A DNA stretch of 64,000 nt. It comes from a virus. The stretch's first letter is position 1, and each line of letters opens with the position of its first letter. Shown piece after piece: positions 1-10,485 of the stretch. A model generated the notes under the pieces. That model saw nothing but the letters and a program-made list of their open reading frames with translations. It was not told where the DNA came from and searched no databases. The stretch is taken from the IMG/VR virus record IMGVR_UViG_3300000976_000011, positions 32,001 to 96,000 of that record; one strand, written 5' to 3'. A program made the position numbers and the translations under genes.

Positions 1-1027
1 TTAATGGTAATATTCTTTTTATTTGAGCTTTTTCATTATTTTTAATAGCTTCGAAGCAGGCAAATTGACAAAAAGTAATTTCAGTACCAAAAGTTGTGAG
101 ATATCCATCACGCTCTAAATTATTCTTATAGAATTCAAATAATTCTTCAGATTCAAACTCAAAGAATTCATGTTGGTGATCTCTAATAGATAAAATTATG
201 TTCTCCATGGCGTTATTGTTATTCAACTTAACATCAGGAAAAACGAATTCCATACCACGTTTAGCACCAGGACCTACAAGACAATAGTTATCATCTTCAT
301 CTATATGTTTTAAGTCTTCAGACCTACTAAAATTGCATGGAGGATGATAACCAAAATATGGTCCTATGCCTCTATGACTAATTAACCATTCACAAACATC
401 AGATAATTTATTTTCTTTATCAATCACTACAGAGCTAAGACCTAAATCGTCCAAATGCACTATCCATTCTATCATATCAGATAAATGAAATTTTCTTTGA
501 GGGTCAACATATTTTTCTCTGCAATAATTTCTTGCAGCAGTCTGTAATGATGTCTGTAATTGTGTTTTACCCCACACGGCTAACTTCATTTGATTTATAT
601 TTAGGTTCTCATTAATAAAATCAAAGTATTTAACGTCCTTTCTATAAAGATCAAAATCTATTATATTAGAATAATCTAGAGAGTTGGTGGCCACTAGGGT
701 AAGTGTTGGCATTCCAACAAATTTTACTACCATAGCATTAAGAATTTTATTTCTTAATGAAGTATCTTTATTAAATACAAAATTTTCTAGCCAATATACT
801 TCAGCGTGCTTAGATCGATTTGGATTCCAATATGAAACTTCTTGTCTCATAGCAGGCCCAAATAAAGGATTCTCTACATACTCATCTATACGATCTGATT
901 CTCTAAGACATTCTCGCTTAAAGAAATCTAAGACCCATGTATTAAAATAATCAAAATTTTCTTTATTGGTCATATCTTTAAGTTGACCTAAAGATAGCGG
1001 TTTTTCTTTATAAGATTGTATCTTCAA
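1..1027 (-). CDS. aGPT-Pplase1 / amino acid:DNA transferase (AADT)-like DNA hypermodification protein, HhH-glycosylase fold; 3'-truncated by the window edge
   Basis: Not in ORF track. Manual translation gives an open frame from TTG 1027 (or ATG 973) to the edge with YWNPNR, HRGIGPYFGYH, LVGPGAKRG and EITFCQF motifs typical of alpha-glutamyl/putrescinyl-thymine pyrophosphorylase clade 1. Confidence 0.75.
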   Translation of the reverse strand, partial: MKIQSYKEKPLSLGQLKDMTNKENFDYFNTWVLDFFKRECLRESDRIDEYVENPLFGPAMRQEVSYWNPNRSKHAEVYWLENFVFNKDTSLRNKILNAMVVKFVGMPTLTLVATNSLDYSNIIDFDLYRKDVKYFDFINENLNINQMKLAVWGKTQLQTSLQTAARNYCREKYVDPQRKFHLSDMIEWIVHLDDLGLSSVVIDKENKLSDVCEWLISHRGIGPYFGYHPPCNFSRSEDLKHIDEDDNYCLVGPGAKRGMEFVFPDVKLNNNNAMENIILSIRDHQHEFFEFESEELFEFYKNNLERDGYLTTFGTEITFCQFACFEAIKNNEKAQIKRILPL

Positions 1028-1749
1028 TCGACTTTCCTACGGTAAAATAAATCAAATCCAAATAATGAACCCGTATACTCTACTCCAAATGCTTCGCGCA
1101 TAACAGGATCCTTACCAACAAAACCGTAATTAGGTGTAGCTGAGACTAATTCAAAACCTTGAGCTAGAATGTACTTTTGATAATTAGCCTCGAAATCCAG
1201 AATATATTTTTCTGAATGAACTTCGAGAGACATCTCTTCGACAGAATTCGGTACAATAAAGTTTTCGTTTAAAAAATCTTTTTCAGCGCCTTCGATATCC
1301 ATTTTAATATGCGTGTATTTCCACATAGATAAAATAGTGTGAATATTTAAATTCTTTACTACGGTTTTAGTTAAAGCTTTTGTAACTTTTGCTGGATTAA
1401 CAGTTGCACTACATGAAAACTGTTTGCTATTTCTTATATAGAAAGCGATCTCTGGATCTTCAGAGTTAGAAACAGCCGCATTTAAAATTTTACCGTTTTC
1501 AGGCATATTATTTAATGCGCACTCATAATTAGATTTAAGAGCTTCGATACCTAAATATGCCTTTACGTTGGCTTCTTTACATATATGAGCAAAGCCACCG
1601 CAGTGAACACCTAGATCTAAAACTACAGAATTTTCATCTAATGAGAAATATGTATAATTTTGTAGACATTCATTTACCATACCTCGGTCAGTACTTTCAT
1701 AGATTGGGTCATCTCTAATAATGACTCCTTTATATTCTTTATAATTCAT
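1024..1749 (-). CDS. FkbM-family SAM-dependent methyltransferase
   Basis: VVLDLGVHCGGF motif I, NAAVS, IKMDIEGAE, SLEVH. Confidence 0.85.
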   Translation of the reverse strand: MNYKEYKGVIIRDDPIYESTDRGMVNECLQNYTYFSLDENSVVLDLGVHCGGFAHICKEANVKAYLGIEALKSNYECALNNMPENGKILNAAVSNSEDPEIAFYIRNSKQFSCSATVNPAKVTKALTKTVVKNLNIHTILSMWKYTHIKMDIEGAEKDFLNENFIVPNSVEEMSLEVHSEKYILDFEANYQKYILAQGFELVSATPNYGFVGKDPVMREAFGVEYTGSLFGFDLFYRRKVD

Positions 1750-1919
1750 TTCTTTAATTTCCTACAATACGCAAGCGCTTGATTATGACGACGTAATTGT
1801 TCTTCTACACATTTTATAGCTAATTTTACACAAGCTTTTTCTTCATGATGGCAGTCATCAAAATTAAGCTCACCTAGAAAATCTTTTAAATACTCTATAG
1901 TTTTCTCATAATCTTTCAT
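1746..1919 (-). CDS. small hypothetical protein (57 aa, MKDYEKTIEYL...)
   Basis: Manual translation; ATGA overlaps at both ends couple it to its neighbours. Confidence 0.55.
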   Translation of the reverse strand: MKDYEKTIEYLKDFLGELNFDDCHHEEKACVKLAIKCVEEQLRRHNQALAYCRKLKK

Positions 1920-2302
1920 AAATGTCTCACGTTCTCTTTTTCGACTAAATCATGCACTAATAATATCACATGCACGTCTGGATGTACATCAGTAATTTCT
2001 TTGGCTTGAACAGGGTCATCTTCAAAATGAATTCCTACTATATATCTCTGTTTAAGTTTACTGATGATGTTAGCTTTATGTTTACCAGATGATTGCCTAG
2101 TTTTTTTAGAAAAATGTCTAGGATTTAAAAACAATTTATTCTTAATTCCTTTAGACTCTAACATTTCTAAAGTCTCTTTTTCTTCTTGAAATGATCTTCC
2201 TGTTATGATGATATCGTCAGGGCCTGGATAGACCCCTCCGTATTCTCCCATAAAGATAACGCCGTCGATATCAAAAGTATTAATTATTTTTCTAGTAGTC
2301 AT
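1916..2302 (-). CDS. HAD-superfamily phosphatase (capless)
   Basis: FDIDGV motif I, ITGR motif II, conserved K, HFEDD motif IV. Confidence 0.85.
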   Translation of the reverse strand: MTTRKIINTFDIDGVIFMGEYGGVYPGPDDIIITGRSFQEEKETLEMLESKGIKNKLFLNPRHFSKKTRQSSGKHKANIISKLKQRYIVGIHFEDDPVQAKEITDVHPDVHVILLVHDLVEKENVRHL

Positions 2303-2505
2303 CAGTTATATCCAAAAATAAATCTTCCATTTGATCCATAGATTCTCTAAATTGTGTTAATAGATCAAACATAGCTTCTTTTTCTAATTCTACATTTGCA
2401 TTTCTAGCTGTCGAATAAGAAGCTTCCCAAATAGAATCATTTTGTTGAATTATTTCTTCTAATTTATTTTCAACATCAGTTCTTAAATCATCAAATTTTT
2501 TCATG

Positions 2506-2853
2506 TTATCCTATTCTCTGATATATTAAAGCTGTGACTATTGTCCATTCATCAAAACTATCACCATAACCTTCTTTCATCATATCAAATAAAACTTCTT
2601 TATTTCTAGCGCAAACATTGTGCTCCATTTTAAGCAGTCTTGATGGTATATTAAAAAAATCTCCAGTCCAGAAACCTAGTGATATTCCCTTTCCAACCAA
2701 TTTATCTTCTTTATCATCACTAAACTCTTCTACTAAATGAAATTTTTCATTAGGCTGTATAGCCCACTTTAAACCCTTTCTTATAGTAACACCTATATCA
2801 AAACATGCTAGATCAAATGTGTGGTCTAAATTTTTTAGTTGTTTAGTAGTCAT
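2506..2853 (-). CDS. hypothetical protein, possibly ASCH/PUA-like
   Basis: GVTIRKG motif and size resemble ASCH domains; weak. Confidence 0.35.
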   Translation of the reverse strand: MTTKQLKNLDHTFDLACFDIGVTIRKGLKWAIQPNEKFHLVEEFSDDKEDKLVGKGISLGFWTGDFFNIPSRLLKMEHNVCARNKEVLFDMMKEGYGDSFDEWTIVTALIYQRIG

Positions 2854-4117
2854 TTTTAGAATCCTGAAAAGTATATTCTAAATCAGATACTACTGGATCT
2901 TTAGTAGCTAATTGTTTTCTAGTGGTTGAAGTTAACTCTCGACGCGCTAAAGCGTCACACTCAAATTTTGCATCTTCAGTTTTCATTTGTACTGGTGGGC
3001 TTTTCTGAGTCCAAGCAGATGGGCCACGTAAGTAACCTACTAATCCCATCTCAGCAGCTACTTGAGCGAAACGAATTGCCGAAATAACAACTCCACCTGA
3101 ATTAGGTGAATCTTGAACAGATAATCTAGCAGTTAATTCATAACGAGCGCCAGCAAAACCATAAGCAACAATATCAAAATTAGCAATCTTATTGTCAGAC
3201 CCAATATATTCGCCACCTGGTTTTTGCTGTACGGTTAATGAGGGACCAGCGAACAATGTCATACCTTCTATAGACTCGTCTCGTACATGATTCTGACCTT
3301 TCAGAACGTTTTCTTTAGAAATATGTTTATTTTCTAAGCGGTCCTGTTTAGCCATATTTAGAAAATCAGTATTTGCTGTACGACCTGTCCGAATATGTTC
3401 TTGGCCTTGAGTAGAACCAGATGCCATATTGGTTTGGATGTGTTGAGTTACCATTAAACCAGAATCAATCATAGCTCCTTGTAAAACTTCAGACATTCTA
3501 GAAGCTCCCCATGCTGAACGCATATCAGAACCTACAAATGTTAAACCTGCATTAATAAATTTTTGTTCGACTCTTTTAGTATCTTCAGTAGAAATTAAAG
3601 TTGGAATACAATTAACAAAATGAACGCCTGCTTTAAGTGCTACATCTACCCAAAATTTCGAAGCTTCTTCAGACCCAACAGGTAAATAATTTACTAACAT
3701 ATCTACATCGAACGATTCAATTAAATCTACCGCTTCAGTGAAAGACACAGCCGTGTCAGCTTCAGTTCTAAAAGAGACATCTTCAGGATAATCATACATA
3801 TGAGGAGCTACGCCATCCAACAAAGGAGCAGAAAAAACTCCCGCTGAGTGTGGAACTACATTAGAAGTAATTTCTTTTACATGATTCATTGCACAATTTG
3901 GTTTAGCTAAAATTGCTTCTCTAAGATTTATTCCTACCTTTCTACGATCAACATCAAAGCCAATAACATATTCAATATCATTAACAGTATAGCCGCCAAT
4001 ATCTTCATACATTAAGCCGACTTTATCTTGAGGATTATCTTGATAATATTGAGTTCCTTGAATAAGGGAAGAAGCGCAGTTACCGACACCGATGATGCCA
4101 ACACGAATTTTTTTCAT
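2843..4117 (-). CDS. ino1: myo-inositol-1-phosphate (inositol-3-phosphate) synthase
   Basis: IRVGIIGVGNCASSLIQG Rossmann motif, FDVDRRKVG, NYLPVGSEEA, NTDFLNM, DSPNSGGVV as in archaeal/actinobacterial MIPS. Confidence 0.93.
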   Translation of the reverse strand: MKKIRVGIIGVGNCASSLIQGTQYYQDNPQDKVGLMYEDIGGYTVNDIEYVIGFDVDRRKVGINLREAILAKPNCAMNHVKEITSNVVPHSAGVFSAPLLDGVAPHMYDYPEDVSFRTEADTAVSFTEAVDLIESFDVDMLVNYLPVGSEEASKFWVDVALKAGVHFVNCIPTLISTEDTKRVEQKFINAGLTFVGSDMRSAWGASRMSEVLQGAMIDSGLMVTQHIQTNMASGSTQGQEHIRTGRTANTDFLNMAKQDRLENKHISKENVLKGQNHVRDESIEGMTLFAGPSLTVQQKPGGEYIGSDNKIANFDIVAYGFAGARYELTARLSVQDSPNSGGVVISAIRFAQVAAEMGLVGYLRGPSAWTQKSPPVQMKTEDAKFECDALARRELTSTTRKQLATKDPVVSDLEYTFQDSKNDY

Positions 4118-4504
4118 TTTTATACCTTTATGTTTATATCAGTTTATTTAAGTGACAAATTTGACCAGATTATCTGGAGTAGGTCACATATCTATTTATG
4201 ATTTGTAGCAGACAAAAATATTTCCATTTCTGCGCCTTCAAGAGTTATATAATCAATCATATTAGAATTATATAACAAAACAAATCTTCTGTAAATATCT
4301 TCAATTTGTGCTCGTTGAATAATAAGTCCAGTATATTTGTTAAGATTTTCTTCTTCAATTTCTTTTAAAACTGCTTTATTAGAAACTGCTTTGCGTCGAA
4401 ATATCCGTAAACCATTAGACATTTTTTCTCGAATTTGTTCAAAATTAACTTTTAAGAAATAATCTATTTCATTCTCTATAATAGGAAAATTATTCTTAAA
4501 ATCG

Positions 4505-5293
4505 TTAATCGGAATTTGAATTTGCATATTCGCTCTCAGGATATAATTTGTTATAAGAAGATTTTGTAATATCTAGCATTCCAGTTTTAATAAAATGATC
4601 TACAATATAAAAATGTCTTTCATATACGTGAAGATTTTGAACCTGCCAAAACATATTACCAACTGATAAATTTAAATCTTTAGCTAATTCTTTAAGAACA
4701 TAATCTTGCCACGCTTTATCATTACGATATCCAAAATAAACATCATTAGATCTCATTTGGACGACGCAATCAAGCTTGCCATGTCGAATATAATAGCTTA
4801 CTGAGTTAGTACAGACAAAATCATTTTTGCCGTTTTCACAATAATCATAATGCATGGTAGGTCTATTATAAATCATAGATGCTCTACGAGAATCTGGATT
4901 AGTCTTTAATTCTTGGAAAACATTATTATATTGATCTCCATATTTTTCTGAAAAAATAAGTAATCCATAATTAGAATTAATTTCGCCATCAGGGTTAGCA
5001 GCATATGACCACGCTTGTGGTGGCTGAAATTGTCTACCATTAATATCTAAAATATTACTTGATTGACTTTCATACCATTTTAATTCTTTTTCAATATAAT
5101 CTTTATTTGGAGTACCGAAAATGGCTTCTTCGTTAGCTTTAAAAGAAGCTCCTATTAATTCTATAGTTTTTACGCCTGTTTTATCAGTAGTAAAATGTTT
5201 ATAGAATAACATATCAGCAAAATGTTCTCTTATATTATCCATATCTGATGTGTTTTTCCACTTCATAGGTTTACCTTGTTCTATAATAGCCAT
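4505..5293 (-). CDS. 42: dCMP hydroxymethylase (T4 gp42-like thymidylate-synthase homolog)
   Basis: EINSNYG, DSRRASMIYNRP, DFVCTN, MRSNDVYFGYRNDKAWQ (Asp at the cytosine-specificity position), NLHVYERHF. Confidence 0.85.
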   Translation of the reverse strand: MAIIEQGKPMKWKNTSDMDNIREHFADMLFYKHFTTDKTGVKTIELIGASFKANEEAIFGTPNKDYIEKELKWYESQSSNILDINGRQFQPPQAWSYAANPDGEINSNYGLLIFSEKYGDQYNNVFQELKTNPDSRRASMIYNRPTMHYDYCENGKNDFVCTNSVSYYIRHGKLDCVVQMRSNDVYFGYRNDKAWQDYVLKELAKDLNLSVGNMFWQVQNLHVYERHFYIVDHFIKTGMLDITKSSYNKLYPESEYANSNSD

Positions 5294-5462
5294 TATGTCG
5301 TTAATTTTTTAATAGCAGCATCTTTTTCCTTATGTAATATATTCAGAAAAATATCTAGTTCATCATCACTTATTTCCAAATCTTGAACAATGTCATCTAC
5401 ATGTTCATATCCCATTTCGTTTATAACATTAATGATTCTATTAAAAATTGCATTTTCATACA

Positions 5463-6110
5463 TTATTTAAATACCTCGTAATCTTCTTCTGATTGACCTT
5501 CCATTTGTCCTCTGCAATATGATACAAAGAAACTAAGATAGTTAATTGCATCCTTAGCTGAATCTTCTAAAGATTCGAAATTAGTATCATAATTACTATC
5601 ATCTCTCATGGCTTCCATGACTGACCGCATTCGAAGCATTTTAGCATGAACGATTTCTTGAATAGTAAATAAGCCAGATGGATAATAATCGGATTGTTTT
5701 ACGGAACTATTAGGATTCTGATAGTCTTGAGATTTTTTAAGTTGAAGTTCTATGCATTCAGCTAAAACGTTTACCGATTCTTTAGATTCGTCTAAATCGT
5801 ATTTATTGTATAGGTAATCTTCTATATATGAAGGCAGCTCATGATCTTTTTCAGACTCTTCATAATTATCTGATCGATTCATAGAACCTAAAGCTTGTGC
5901 GATAGGATCTAAAAATTCTGGTTCTTTCGAATATTCAGTTTTACCCATGCCAGATAAAGCATTAACTATAGATGGATCAGTCATTATTTTATCATGATTT
6001 AACATTTGGGTTTTTATTTTATCAGCTTGTTCTTCTGTCATTTTTTCAACATGACCTGTAAAAGGCGCTGTTGGTTGCTTATTGGTCATACATTTCTCCG
6101 AAAGTGCCAT
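5463..6110 (-). CDS. DUF1599/Nmad1-like all-alpha nucleotide-modification-associated protein
   Basis: C-terminal KKSQDY...KMLRM...ESLEDSAKDAINY pattern. Confidence 0.65.
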   Translation of the reverse strand: MALSEKCMTNKQPTAPFTGHVEKMTEEQADKIKTQMLNHDKIMTDPSIVNALSGMGKTEYSKEPEFLDPIAQALGSMNRSDNYEESEKDHELPSYIEDYLYNKYDLDESKESVNVLAECIELQLKKSQDYQNPNSSVKQSDYYPSGLFTIQEIVHAKMLRMRSVMEAMRDDSNYDTNFESLEDSAKDAINYLSFFVSYCRGQMEGQSEEDYEVFK

Positions 6111-6480
6111 GATTACCTTTATGGGATGGTGGAAGCCATCCTTCCGGCTTCATTAAATCAGGAAAACCAAAAGGATTGGGTCTACCTTCTTTAATTCCTC
6201 TAATTTTTGCAAGATTAGCATTCATAACTTCAGAATAAGCTTTATCTGAATCTACTTTAAACAAATCAAGCGTACCTAAACAAAATACAATAATATCTAT
6301 TAATGCATCTACTATTTCTTCTGGATTTTCTTCGTCTACGGCATCACATAATTCAAAATATTCTTCTTGAATCATATTAAGCCTTAAATCCAAATGATCT
6401 CGATGTCCTTGGTTATCTAAATATTTTATTACGTCATGGAAGTCAAATTTGGCGTGCATTTTTTCTATTAAATCGATCAT
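6079..6480 (-). CDS. MazG/PRA-PH-like NTP pyrophosphohydrolase (candidate dCTPase/dUTPase)
   Basis: EEYFEL...EIVDALID, V..ANLAK, KPEGW.PP motifs. Confidence 0.8.
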   Translation of the reverse strand: MIDLIEKMHAKFDFHDVIKYLDNQGHRDHLDLRLNMIQEEYFELCDAVDEENPEEIVDALIDIIVFCLGTLDLFKVDSDKAYSEVMNANLAKIRGIKEGRPNPFGFPDLMKPEGWLPPSHKGNHGTFGEMYDQ

Positions 6481-7266
6481 GAAACTCTTTTATTGTTTTG
6501 GTTATTGTTTTCATAATATAAAATATCCTTATTCTTCTAATCTATCTTGATTAGATTTCCAGCTTACATACTTTAACGTAAATTCATCCTTAAATCTAGT
6601 TTTATTTATTTTATTATATTCGGTGATCTTCGTAAACACCCAAACGAAATATTGATTACATGAATCAAATATTTTTCCTTTATCCTTTTCTATATCAAAT
6701 ATAGCTTCATACATTTTAAGTTCTTTTACTGGAACCTTTTTACGCTTTTTAGCTTTAACTTTTTTTACCATCAATATATGCCATGTAAATTATAAAACAT
6801 AATGTAGAGAATAGAAATAATCCTAGACCAATTAATTCATAAAATTCAGCTATTATAACTGAACTTATACAAGATAATAAATATATTATATTTGATTTAG
6901 ATGAAATAATTCCATTATAAATCCATTTTAAAATATACCAAAAAGTTACGGCTATTCCTACAGATATAAACTGTACACAAAATACATAAAAGCCAAGTTC
7001 GTATAAAATTTCTTCTTTATTCCATTTCATAATCTTTTATTATATAACATTTGTTAACTTTATGTTCGTTTATTACTAAGATGTAATGAATTCGTAGAAT
7101 TTTTTATTCTGCAGAGCTAAAACATGTATAATATAGAATCCTAATACTATACCTGTTGCGTAATATCTCCCTACTTCGAATGTTAAATAAAACATTGCAT
7201 ATAATGGTATAACTAGAGTCAATAATGATAAACTCACAACTTCTAAATATGTCTTTATAATAAATT

Positions 7267-8058
7267 TCATAATTTAACTACCTCGTCTACGTATTCCACA
7301 AAACTTTTTCTATTTCTAGTAAAGTCCAAGATTTCTCCATCTACTGCAGCCAGTAGATGTCCACTTATAGATATTAAATAATTTTTCTTATCAAGCTGTC
7401 CAATTAATCCTTTTACAGAATATCCTTTAGACTTGGCTCTATATCCTGCATATGTTCTCTGCCTATCAAATTTATGAACTCTAACTAATTTATAACCTAA
7501 AATTTTAAGAGCTTTATTTGATACATAATGAGGAGTTCCTCTTCTAAATTTCCTACCGCTTTCGGCTAAAGTTTTATGCACTACAGAATAATCCAAACCT
7601 GTTGCTAAAGTGATTGCTTTTACAACACAGTCATTAGTTTCACCAAATTTCTTAGTCTGTTCTTTGACTGCTTCATATTTTTTCCAATTTTCAGTATCTC
7701 TGTATGATAAATCTATTGGCTTACGAACTCTGGGTTTAGATTTTCTTTCTAATTCTTTAGCTTTAAAAGCTTCAATAGCTTCAGGAGTCATACCATAAGT
7801 TTTATCCCAATTAACTTTTAAAGAATATCGTTCATAACCAGAATATCCTCGATAGTTGTAAAATAAAGCGGCTTGATAATATCTTTTACCATTAGTGACT
7901 ATAGCATAATCATCGCAATGACCTCTATAATTTGATAAGAGTTTTTCATTATTTTTGCGTTTAAATTCTTCAACAATTTCCATGTCAGCCCATTTTGGGT
8001 CAACTACGAAATCAGAGTCATATCCGGTATTATTCTTTACCCATTTAGAAAGTTTCAT
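7267..8058 (-). CDS. conserved phage protein with C-terminal papain/C39-like Cys-His domain
   Basis: NDCVVKAITLATG.DY and GHLLAAVDG motifs. Confidence 0.45.
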   Translation of the reverse strand: MKLSKWVKNNTGYDSDFVVDPKWADMEIVEEFKRKNNEKLLSNYRGHCDDYAIVTNGKRYYQAALFYNYRGYSGYERYSLKVNWDKTYGMTPEAIEAFKAKELERKSKPRVRKPIDLSYRDTENWKKYEAVKEQTKKFGETNDCVVKAITLATGLDYSVVHKTLAESGRKFRRGTPHYVSNKALKILGYKLVRVHKFDRQRTYAGYRAKSKGYSVKGLIGQLDKKNYLISISGHLLAAVDGEILDFTRNRKSFVEYVDEVVKL

Positions 8059-8346
8059 TTATAGAATTAAAGCAAATTGATTGTTTATTTTAACATATGT
8101 TAAGAAAGCTTCATAATAATTTTTGTTTAAAATTAGAACGTTCATAACTTTTTCATTTTTATAAATGGGAGTCATGTCTATATATTCTTCAAGATATCCG
8201 TGAGATTCTATTAACTCTAAATTCTTAGGTACTTTATTTTGTTTTATGTCTTCTATAAACTGCTCTAGATAACAACTCATTTTTAGATTATTTTTATTAA
8301 TAAATGCTAAAATTTTATTTAAATCTTTCATAATATAAATTTCCTA

Positions 8347-8395
8347 TTTGTTTAACTGATATAAAGATTATATCATATCTGATGGAAAAGTAAAC
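8347..8395 (-). promoter_or_regulatory. T4-type early promoter driving the leftward operon
   Basis: GTTTACT-N17-TATAAT followed by ATCAGTTAAACAAA, as in the other copies. Confidence 0.75.
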
Positions 8396-8437
8396 ACTCA
8401 GAATCCTTATAAATAATAATAATAAAATCATATTGTT

Positions 8438-9019
8438 ATGAGAGAATTAGAAAATAATAAGTATTTTATTTGGTATAGAGATCTTTGCAACTCTAGGCAA
8501 AAATTGAATCGAACTAAATCTGAATGTTATTATGAAGAGCATCATATTATGCCTAGGTCTTTAGGTGGTACTGATGACAGAGAGAATTTAGTACTTCTTA
8601 CACCTAGAGAACACTATATAGCTCATTTATTATTAACTAAATTTACCTATGGTAAATCTAAAGTAAAAATGAATCACGCTTTATGGAGAATGGCTTGTTG
8701 TAATGGAATTATCATTAATAGTAGATTATATCAAACATTAAAAGAATCTATATCACAAGAATTATCGGAAAGAAATTCTTCAATTAGATCTCATACATTT
8801 TCTGGTTGGTATATTACACCTTTCGGAAAATTTATTTCTTCCAGACAAGCATCAGAATCTATAAAGAACAAACTAAGTTACAAATTAATTCAGGCTTATT
8901 GCAAGAGAAATAATACAAAATTAACAAATAGATCAAATATAAAAACTAAATATTTTCAAGAAGAAGATATAGGAAAATCATTTAAAGAGTTAGGATTTTC
9001 TTTCCAGGAAATACAATGA
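8438..9019 (+). mobile_element. free-standing HNH homing endonuclease
   Basis: EEHHIMPRSLGG..NLVLLTPREHYIAHLLL; late promoter TATAAATA at 8408-8415. Confidence 0.88.
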
Positions 9020-10485
9020 CAAAAGTAGAATTAATAAAAATAGACGAGTCTTATTCTCAAATAGTTTGTGAAAGAGCTCAAATGTATGAACTTTCAGATG
9101 AACTAACATTCAAAGTTGATGGTGCTCATTGGTCTCCAGCTTTTCGCAACGGGTTTTGGGATGGAAAGATAAGACTGCTCAACAAAAATGGTCAACTCTA
9201 TACTGGATTGGCTGACTTTGTGAAAAACTTTTGTAAGCAAAGAAATTATAAATTTTCAGGCTTGGGTTTTGCTGAAGAAAAGGAAATTAATCCAGACAAA
9301 TTAATGAAAAATATTATGTCTTGGAATCCTACAAGATATGATGATAATCAAAAAAGAGTTCCTTTAAAACCACACAAAGAACAAATGATGGCTATTTACG
9401 CTGCTCTTTTAAAAAAGAGACTTATAGTTGAATCGGCTACTGCTGCAGGTAAGTCATTTATTGTTTGTACTCTTACAAGAATTCTTAGTAGAAATAAAAC
9501 ATTAATTATTGTTCCGAGGGTTGATTTAGCCAATCAAATGTTGGAAAACTATCATGAGTATTTTGAGAATTGGGATCCTACTATAGATCTATTATACTCT
9601 GGTCAAAAATTAACTGGTGCTGATATTTTGATTGGTACTTGGCAGTCTTTAGCCAAAAGACCTAAATCATTTTTCGAACAATTTAAAACCGTAATTTATG
9701 ATGAAGTTCACGAAGCTGAATCTAAATCTGCTTGTAAAATATTAGAATCTTGCACAAATGCTGAATTCAGAATAGGTCTTACAGGAACTCTAAAAGATGC
9801 TAAAACTCACCAATTAACTTTACAAGGATTATTCGGTAAAAACTATAAATTTAGTAGAGCGATTGATAATATCAACAAAGGTGTATCAGCTAAATTAGAT
9901 ATATTAGTGCAAAAATTAAATTATGATGTTCCTCTACAAGGCAAATTTGAAACAGGTAGTGAAAAATATATGGCAGAATTAGAGTATATTTGGCTACATA
10001 AAGCCAGAAATGCTCACATATATAATACTGCTAATAAATTAAAAGGAACAACATTAGTTTTATTTAAAAATACAGCTCATGGCGAGTTAATGTATAAAGA
10101 ATATAGAGAAAAGTATGGCGACAAAAATATCTTTATTATTCATGGTGGTATAGACAAAGAAAAACGTAAAAAAATACGTCAATACATAATGGCGCACCCT
10201 GAAGATGATATTTTACTTTTTGCATCTTTAGGAACATTTAGTACAGGTATAAATATTAAAACGATTAAAGCAGCTATATTAGCTGGGCCACTGAAAGATA
10301 AAATAAAATTACTTCAATCTATTGGTAGAGGTTTACGTGTAACTAATGATGGAGCAGGCTTTTTATTCATTGATTTGGTAGACATTATTCCAAACGCGAA
10401 TATTTTAAAGAAACATGGAATTGAGAGAGTCAATAGATATATTGAAGAGGAATTTTCATATAAAGTAGAACAAATTAAACTTTAG
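9016..10485 (+). CDS. uvsW: UvsW SF2 DNA helicase
   Basis: WDGKIRL, ATAAGKS, DEVH, GLTGT, STGINI, LQSIGRGLR. Confidence 0.95.
   Translation: MTKVELIKIDESYSQIVCERAQMYELSDELTFKVDGAHWSPAFRNGFWDGKIRLLNKNGQLYTGLADFVKNFCKQRNYKFSGLGFAEEKEINPDKLMKNIMSWNPTRYDDNQKRVPLKPHKEQMMAIYAALLKKRLIVESATAAGKSFIVCTLTRILSRNKTLIIVPRVDLANQMLENYHEYFENWDPTIDLLYSGQKLTGADILIGTWQSLAKRPKSFFEQFKTVIYDEVHEAESKSACKILESCTNAEFRIGLTGTLKDAKTHQLTLQGLFGKNYKFSRAIDNINKGVSAKLDILVQKLNYDVPLQGKFETGSEKYMAELEYIWLHKARNAHIYNTANKLKGTTLVLFKNTAHGELMYKEYREKYGDKNIFIIHGGIDKEKRKKIRQYIMAHPEDDILLFASLGTFSTGINIKTIKAAILAGPLKDKIKLLQSIGRGLRVTNDGAGFLFIDLVDIIPNANILKKHGIERVNRYIEEEFSYKVEQIKL

Noticed and set aside
684-950. Plus-strand 88-aa ORF
   Set aside because: Antisense shadow of the real minus-strand AADT-like gene
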